A stretch of DNA of 64,000 bases, taken from assembly GCA_964016885.1 (NCBI GenBank), contig OZ024752.1, positions 49,724,001 through 49,788,000 of the forward strand, written 5' to 3'. How positions within the stretch are numbered: position 1 is the stretch's first letter; each line of letters starts with the position of its first letter. The notes below the pieces were generated by a model. It saw nothing but the letters and a program-made list of their open reading frames with translations. It made no database searches and was not told the origin of the DNA. The position numbers and the translations under genes are program-made. Origin of the DNA: Eledone cirrhosa. Taxonomy: Eukaryota. Shown piece after piece: positions 55,748-64,000 of this stretch.

Positions 55748-55933
55748 TATATATATATATATATATATAATAAATACAATATCGGAGAAAGCTTTTTAGC
55801 GATACTCCGGCCAAATTCCAACTCACTCAACAAACATTAGGAAATAAAGTGATTATATTCCCAATTATGTGTTCGGGGTGCTAACTAAAAGTATTGCGTG
55901 GAAAATTGGCTGTATTATTTCAAATGAGACATA

Positions 55934-55970
<37 letters not shown>

Positions 55971-56048
55971 CAACAATAACAGCAATACTTTTCTTAGGAA
56001 AAACAGAAATACTCGTCCTCGCAACCGACGAAGTGCCGCTGCTCTCTT

Positions 56049-56132
<84 letters not shown>

Positions 56133-57011
56133 ATATCTGTGTATGTGGGTGTGTGTGTGTTTTAAGTAATTGTCATACAAATCATACGTAATAAAATGTC
56201 CCCAACTGAAACTTTTTTGCACCCAATTTCGCGATTAAGTAAAGACAGAGTTATCGTTCTTGAGATTTCGGCACGGTGAAATTTGAGGAACTGATGTCGC
56301 TAAATCGTCAAATCATTTACCTGCCCTGTTGCATCGTGGGAGGGGTAATGGGTGAATTTTAATTTTTTAACGACGGCAAATTTTTTAATTTCTGTCCCGG
56401 CATCTTCTTCCTTGTTTCATATAAGTAAATAAATAAAACAATTAATTTACCCCTCAATTCTCTTTAATCTGAACATCAAATGACCGTGGCTGCGCGAGGC
56501 AAGAGTTACATTAAATCCCTAAACCGGTGTCATAATTAATTTTACACTATTATTCTGAAAACAATGTCGGATATTATGATTATTTTGAAGTTTTATTTAT
56601 CTTTTATCGCTGCACTTTCCGTATTTATAATTAAATAAATAGATTTAAGGTTTTAATACTTTAAATATATTAAACTTTCAGCAAATTCTCTGATAGCTGT
56701 ATACTGCCAGTAATATGTATAGTATATACTATATATAGTAAAAAGAAAAAGTATACATTTTGATTGCACCTTTTTGTTTCCAGTTATGTATTTTTTTAAA
56801 ATGCTGTTTATTCGTTATAAAAATCAACTCATAGTATTCTATATCTGGGTTGGCCCCCTTTATCTTCTGGCAACCAATATTTTTAGACCCAGTCCGCCAC
56901 TGCGTACATGTAAATACATAAATACATACATGCGTATGTACATATACATACACACATACATATGTAAATATGTACGTGCGTACATACATATGTACATACG
57001 TATGCACATAC

Positions 57012-57269
57012 ATATCAAAGATTAGCGAAAAAGAGAACATTTATGCAGAACTAATGAGAAATCTGCAGATACCCCACCCTGACTATACCGTCAGATTTAT
57101 ACCTGTGATTATTGGGGCACGAGGATATGTTAGTAACTGTCTCAATACAAATCTCGAGAAGCTGGGCTTCACAGGGACAGAAAGAACACAACTAGTTAGG
57201 AAATTACAAGTACAATCCAGTAATGGAACAGTAAAAGTATGTAAAACATTCCAAAAATTCTGGATCTAA
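57012..57269 (+). mobile_element. C-terminal fragment of a restriction-like-endonuclease non-LTR retrotransposon (R4/Dong-like)
   Basis: KISEKENIYAELMRNLQ..VRFIPVIIGARG..LEKLG..LQ fits the K..KY..L..P(V/I)(V/I)IG..G motif, and the frame ends into TAATAA. Clade assignment is inference. Confidence 0.65.
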
Positions 57270-57271
57270 TA

Positions 57272-57455
57272 ACTGTTTCTATTTTAGGCACAAGGCCAGC
57301 AATTACATAGTGCATTACTGGTACTTTATTTTATCGACCCCGTAAGGATGAAAGGCAAAGTCAACCTCGGCGGGATTTGAACTCAGATCGTAAAGGGACG
57401 TAACTATGCTGGAAAGCATGGCGTCCGACCCTCTACCGATACTGCTAATCCAACT
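57272..57455 (-). mobile_element. Full-length SINE family 1
   Basis: Homology to 60517-60695. Confidence 0.88.
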
Positions 57456-57619
57456 CCATATACACATGTACAGATACAAAACATGCACATGCACACATAC
57501 AACTCAAAATATACACCTCTACACATACAATAACATCCATACCTGTACACAAACATACCTGTGTGTGTACAGGTATTGAACCTAAGGGAAAGGAACTGGT
57601 TGTTCTAACATTATTGATA

Positions 57620-57925
57620 CAAAACCACCTGAAACAGCCCCTTGTTTTATGATAGAAAGTTACTTGTTTTAAAGTGTTTATACTTGTCTAAAAACCTTCC
57701 ATCATAATTTTATGTAAGAACCTTTTTTAAGTTATGTTCCAAACCACCTGAAATACTCCCTTGTTCTATGATACAAAACTGTTTTAAAGTGTTTATATTT
57801 ATCTAAAACCCTTCCATAACTTTATGTAAGAACCTTGATTAAGTTATGTTCCAAATCACCCGAAACAACCCCTTGTTTTATGATACAAAACTGTTTGTTT
57901 TTATATTCATCTAAAAACCTTCTAT
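57620..57925. repeat. Three diverged ~115-bp tandem units
   Basis: AAACCACCTGAAA..CCCTTGTTTTATGATA..TTTATA..TCTAAAAACCTTC repeated. Confidence 0.7.
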
Positions 57926-58544
57926 CCTTCGTAATTTGTGAAATTATGTTCTACACATAGTTTGATAAAGAGAAATGTAGCTATATTACTAAAACCTTTC
58001 AAATTTTTGATGATTTAAAGAGTTATTTGAGAATAATTGACAGTGTCTTTTATTAAGAAACACAGTAATGAAAATGTTGATTAACTGATAATTAATTAGT
58101 TAATAAACTGGCAATAAAAGAGAAGTGAAATTTGTCACTATAGTCATATTGGTTTATACTTGTGTAGTGTGGAATCAAGAAAATGGAGTATGGAATAATA
58201 TGGTGCATGTTACAATTGACAGATTACCTGGTTTTTTTTAAATGTCTCCTGTCAAGCCCAAACTTTCACAAGCTGTAGCAGCTCAGCTGCCAAGTTTATA
58301 ACCTGAGGGAATCCTTGTGTGAGCTACTAGAATACAATCAGACACATATTGTTGTAGTTTGATGACTTGTTCATCTCTTAACATGCTGATAGTTTTTTTA
58401 GTCAGATACCTGATGTTGAAAAATTGACTGTCAAATAAGAATTTAGTAATGATGCTGGTTTTATTTTGTGTCATCCTGATAAGAGACTCATTAACACTTC
58501 TGATACCAACTGGCTGTGGTTCTATGAAACAAAACCAACTATTT

Positions 58545-58755
58545 AAACCCTTTAGCATTTACATTACTCTATATATACTATTGTATTTTTGTGGTAAAGT
58601 CTTTATCTTACATAATTATCTCACATAATATAGAGTCTATGAAATTTTGATATCATTTATTTTGAGAACAATACCTTAATGTCAGTATGAGCAGCCAGTT
58701 TGAACAGAAAGAAGTGAGAGAATTCTGGCCAGATATGGCTGGTTTAAAAAGGCAT
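58545..58755. mobile_element. piggyBac-like MITE remnant
   Basis: The left end matches 11771-11860. The right end is the reverse complement of 43660-43700, which follows TTAACCCTTTAGCATTT. Confidence 0.55.
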
Positions 58756-58844
58756 TGTTTAGCCTTCTATCTCTTTCAACGTTATATATTATATACAATG
58801 CTTCAAACAAACTACAACATTATATTATATATATATATCATATA

Positions 58845-59075
58845 TCATCATCATCATCGTCGTTTAATGTCTATCTTCCATGCTAGCATTGGGTTAGACG
58901 GGCATTGTCCCATTTGTGGCAAGATTGGTCGGGTGACCCTGTCTCGCTCATATAGGACTATCTGGCAGGTTTTCTACGGCTGGATGCCCTTCCTAACACC
59001 AACCTCATTTACAGTGTGGACTGGGAGCTTTTTACCATGTTAGCTACATGGCCACATTACAGCGTGGACTGTGTT
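58845..59075 (-). mobile_element. RTE-type 3' tail fragment
   Basis: GGCTGGATGCCCTTCCTAACACCAACCTCATTTACAGTG and a (CAT)n start. Confidence 0.7.
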
Positions 59076-60479
59076 TTTTTAATTTTATATATATATATTT
59101 ATTAAAATAACAGATTAAAGTTTAAGCAAAGAATCGCTGCTTTCACCCTTAACGGGATCTTCTGATTTTAGTCTTCAAATTTATTATTATTACTATATAT
59201 ATATATATATAGTGAGAGAGAGAGAGAGAGCTGTACAAACATACAGAAGTGCCTTCCTGGCAGTGGTTATGGTAATATCTAACATTAATTCAAACATGAG
59301 AATACAATAAAACATACAGAGAGAGAGAGAGAGAGAGAGAGAGTCATAACATCACATTCACTCACACACACAAGCATTCATATACCACACAGTTCACATA
59401 CTTCAATACATACCTCTATACACCATACTATAAACCCTACACCATAGATTTCTCACCACACCACACGATACCGTATCATATGATACCATACTACATTAAA
59501 AACCACATACTGCGTACCACACACCACACACCACACACCACACACCTGATACCTCACCACATCATTCAGAACAATACTAAATTACAGACCACATTCACAA
59601 TCCTACATACCACACATCATACACCACACCATACCACACCACACCACAACACAACACCACACCACACCATACCATACCATACCATACCATACCACATTAC
59701 CAATCCCATACACCATACTACAAAATACACATCACACACCATACCAGCAACCACACCACACCAGATATCTCACCACACTACACCACACCACACAGTACTA
59801 CACTACACCACATTACACCACACAACACACCAAACCAGATATCACACCACCAGACACCACACCATACCATACTACACCAGATACCACACCACACAATACT
59901 ACACTACACCACACCATACCACACAATACTACAGCACACCACACCACATTACACCACACTACACCAGCAGACACCACACCATACTACACCACACCATACC
60001 ACATAATACTACACCACACCACACCACATTACACCACACTATACTACACCACACCATACCACACTACACCACACTATACTCCACCACACTACACAACACC
60101 ACACCATACAACACTACACCACAGTATACTACACCACACCACACCACAACCAACAGAGTCAGAGGCAAACAAACAAACAAATTAACAAACAAACAAATTA
60201 ACAAACAAACTCACAAACAATAATTATTTGAAATCAGTGTTTCATTCATTTAAAGACAAGAAAAATTCTTCAAGTAAAACCCCATTTTACTAATTGTTAA
60301 AAGTATTGTTTTGATTGTCACCAATCACTAAATCATATTGTAAGTTACTTCATCTGAAGGATGGGAAGTCAATTGCCATTTATTGTTCCATGGTTGGTTC
60401 ATTGAAAAATTCCGAGTTTCATAATTCTAGCCTTAGGATAGAAAATTGGTGAAAAATGTTTTTAAAAGATTGTTTTCTC

Positions 60480-60516
<37 letters not shown>

Positions 60517-61070
60517 GGCAGTATCGGTGGAAGGTTGGACGCCATGCTTTCCAGCATAGTTACGTCCCTTTACGATCTGAGTTCAAATCCCGCCGAGGTT
60601 GACTTTGCCTTTCATCCTTACGGGGTCGATAAAATAAAGTACCAGTAATGCACTGGGGGAAATTGCTGGCCTTGTGCCTAAAGTAGAAACAATTATTACA
60701 AGGGTGGTGAATTGGCAGTATCGGTAGAGGGTCGGACGCCATGCTTTGACGCATAGAGTTACGGCCCTTGCCATTCTGAGTTCAAATCCCGCCGAGGTTG
60801 ACTTTGCCTTTCATCCTTACGGGGTCGATAAAATAAAGTACCAGTAATACACTGGGATAATTGCTGGCCTTGTGCCAAATGATTACTATTGGCAGTATCG
60901 GTAGAGGGTCGGACGCCATGCTTTGTAGCATAGAGTTACGTCCCTTTACGATCTGAGTTCAAATTCCGCCGAGGTTAACTTTGCCTTTCATCCTTACGGG
61001 GTCGATAAAATAAAGTACCAGTAATGCACTGGGATAATTGCTGGCCTTGTGCCAAAAATAGAAATAGTTA
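60517..61070 (+). mobile_element. Three head-to-tail SINE family 1 copies
   Basis: Copies at about 60517-60695, 60703-60880 and 60888-61068 differ from each other at diagnostic sites. Confidence 0.9.
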
Positions 61071-61293
61071 TTACTATGATTGCTATTATTATTGTTGTTG
61101 TTATTATTATTGTTGTTGTTGTTGTTGTTTTCCAATTTTAGGTTTAGGATTCTTTTGTCTTAATTTTTTGTGTTTTTAGTAGTCGACGTCACTCCCTGTC
61201 CTTGTGAATTTGTGTGTATATATATGTATGTATGTATATGTATGTATGTATGTATACATATATACATATATATACATATATATATATGTATAC

Positions 61294-61352
<59 letters not shown>

Positions 61353-61527
61353 CATATATATATACATATATATACATATATATACATATATATATGTATA
61401 CATATATATACATATATACATATGTATACATATATATATATACATATATATACATATATATACATATCTACATATGTATACATATATATATACATATATA
61501 TACATATATATACATATATATACATAC

Positions 61528-61580
<53 letters not shown>

Positions 61581-62064
61581 CATTATATATATATATATGT
61601 ATATATATGCTTTTCTCTCTCTACTCTCTCTCCCTCTCTCTCTCTCTCTCTCTTACCTGTCTCTCTCAATTTATTTTCTATAAAACAATTTCTTCCTAAA
61701 TACCAATTCAGTGACATGGATATGAAAAATAAATGACTACAGACTGCTGCGGGGCATTTACACAAACTTAACTTCTTCACAAATTTACAGATATTTTTTT
61801 TTTCTAATTTATTATCGTTAATGTTATTGTTGTTGTTGTTGTTGTTGTCATTCATATAGAATTTTATTTTGTTTAATTTTTTTTTTTTTTGGGAGGGGGG
61901 TTAAATTTGGTTTTATAATTACTGTTTGTTTGTCTTTTTTTTGTTTGTTGGTCTGTTTTAATTTTTTTTTGTTTTTTTTTTGTTAATTTCTTTGTGAGAA
62001 ATTATAATTAAACCCAAAGATTGAGACAGAGAGGCAGGTATATGGAATGAGAGATATTGAAGGA

Positions 62065-62078
62065 CGGAGAGAGATATG

Positions 62079-62137
<59 letters not shown>

Positions 62138-62485
62138 TTGTAGAGAGAGAGATGTAGGGAGAGAGAGAGATATGGATAGATAGAGAGATTTGTAGAGAGA
62201 GAGAGATGTAGGGAGAGAGAGATATGGATAGATAGATAGATAGATTTGTAGAGAGAGAGATGTAGGGAGAGAGAGATATGGATAGATAGATAGAGAGATT
62301 TGTAGAGAGAGAGATGTAGGGAGAGAGATATGGATAGATAGATAGAGAGATTTGTAGAGAGAGATGTAGGGAGAGAGATATGGATAGATAGATAGAGAGA
62401 TTTGTAGAGAGAGATATGTAGGGAGAGAGATATGGATAGATAGATAGAGAGATTTGTAAAGAGAGATATGTAGGGGGAGAGAGAT
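62065..62485. repeat. GATA/GA-derived ~50-bp tandem repeat
   Basis: GATATGGATAGATAGATAGAGAGATTTGTAGAGAGAGATGTAGGGAGAGA units. Confidence 0.85.
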
Positions 62486-62534
62486 GGACGACAAAAAATG
62501 AAAGAGAAATAGAGAGTGAGATGGACAAAGATAA

Positions 62535-62575
<41 letters not shown>

Positions 62576-63122
62576 TAAAGTTAGTCCTTCATCAGTGATC
62601 TTCCAACCATCATTGGTATTTCATATATATATATAGAGAGAGAGAGAGCGAGGAAAAAGTTGTGGGAGAGACGAAAATTGCGAAGAATCGCCAATGAGTA
62701 TAGATTAAAGATGATTAATAAAAGAAAAAGGCAGATACAGAAATAATGGAGAAAGAAAGAAAGAAACAAACAAAGATATAAACAGAGAAAGAAAGAAAGA
62801 TGTAAAGAAAGAAAGAAAGGTGTAAAGAAAGTGAGAGAGCAAAGTAAAGTTTTGATAATGAAGCAACGAGAAGCTGGTTAGTTTGTTTTTTTTTTTAAAA
62901 TGTGAATACTAATGTTGCTATTTAAATACCAACAAGAGAGTAAAAAGCATCCATCCATATTGTAGAAAATTAGTAAACAAAAACAAAACAAAAACAAAGA
63001 AAAATAAATAAACAAGTAGATAAATACACAAACAATTAAACGCAAACAAATAAATTTTTAAAAATATATTTTTTATATTATTTCATATAAATATATATAT
63101 ATAGGTTATATATATATACAGT

Positions 63123-63194
<72 letters not shown>

Positions 63195-63491
63195 ATGTAT
63201 ATATATATATAGGATATATATATAGTTTATATAGACGATGGATATTCCCTCTAACTTTTATTTTTCATTATATATATATATATATATATATTGTATATTA
63301 TTTGGTATATAGTTTATATATTTTTATATATCATTTTATATATCGTTTATTTCTATATATATTTTTTCAATAATTTTTATAAATAGGTTATATATTTTTT
63401 TTACATATTTTTATACATATATTATATATATATATTTTAATGTGTTTTTTTAATACGAAAATTAAAAGAAAAGGAATTCAATGATTTATGA

Positions 63492-63656
63492 AAAAAATAA
63501 AAAATAAAAAATAAAAAATAAAAAATAAAAAATAAAAAATAAAAAATAAAAAATAAAAAATAAAAAATAAAAAATAAAAAATAAAAAATAAAAAATAAAA
63601 AATAAAAAATAAAAAATAAAAAATAAAAAATAAAAAGTAAAAAATAAAAAATAAAA
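63492..63656. repeat. (AAAAAT)n hexanucleotide microsatellite
   Basis: Direct inspection. Confidence 0.95.
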
Positions 63657-64000
63657 CCTTATTCGTTATTTGATATCATTTTTACTCCATCTCGTGTTAT
63701 AACTTGTTGATAATAAGGATCATCTCATCTTGATCCATTATGGGATCATCAATTGTATTTAGTGTTGTTATGGAAACAAATATTTAAACCCCTGTTACTG
63801 ACGGTGAAAACCTGAGCCCTGATTACACTTCATATAATTTCAAATTATCACTAAAAAAAAAAGTTTTTTTAAAAATCCATATTAAAAAACCATTACATAT
63901 ATTTTGATAATCATGATAATCTACAAAGATAATTTAAATACCTTCTGACAACAGAAAATATTAGATCCTTATTCATACGTCAGATAATTAGAAATTATTG

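Larger units (their letters stand above)
54111..56670. mobile_element. Second foldback-like copy with the same arms and a different interior
   Basis: Direct arm at 54111-54384 (diverged continuation to ~54640); inverted arm at 55966-56670. Confidence 0.75.

Overview
This is AT-rich, microsatellite-saturated animal DNA, not prokaryotic. The SINE/LINE repertoire and simple-repeat load suggest a cephalopod (octopus-like) intronic or intergenic region; that assignment is inference. No intact protein-coding gene can be supported, and almost all ORF-track entries are translations of simple repeats. Supported content: two tRNA-derived SINE families (one CORE-type sharing its 3' tail with an RTE LINE), 3' fragments of RTE, CR1-like and R4/Dong-like LINEs, several MITEs, and 51-, 79-, 26-, 48- and ~30-bp minisatellites. 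Three things stand out. (1) Short (TA)n-embedded elements carry type I hammerhead ribozyme motifs: three copies with a compensatory stem change, plus related degenerate and half-hammerhead families. (2) An ~11.6-kb nested inverted-repeat complex at 45066-56670 contains a ~2.86-kb triplication with an unequal-crossover signature. (3) A 52-copy 26-bp array is a perfect 5' splice-site array on one strand and an AG-free, stop-free branch-point/polypyrimidine array on the other, next to a possible micro-exon.
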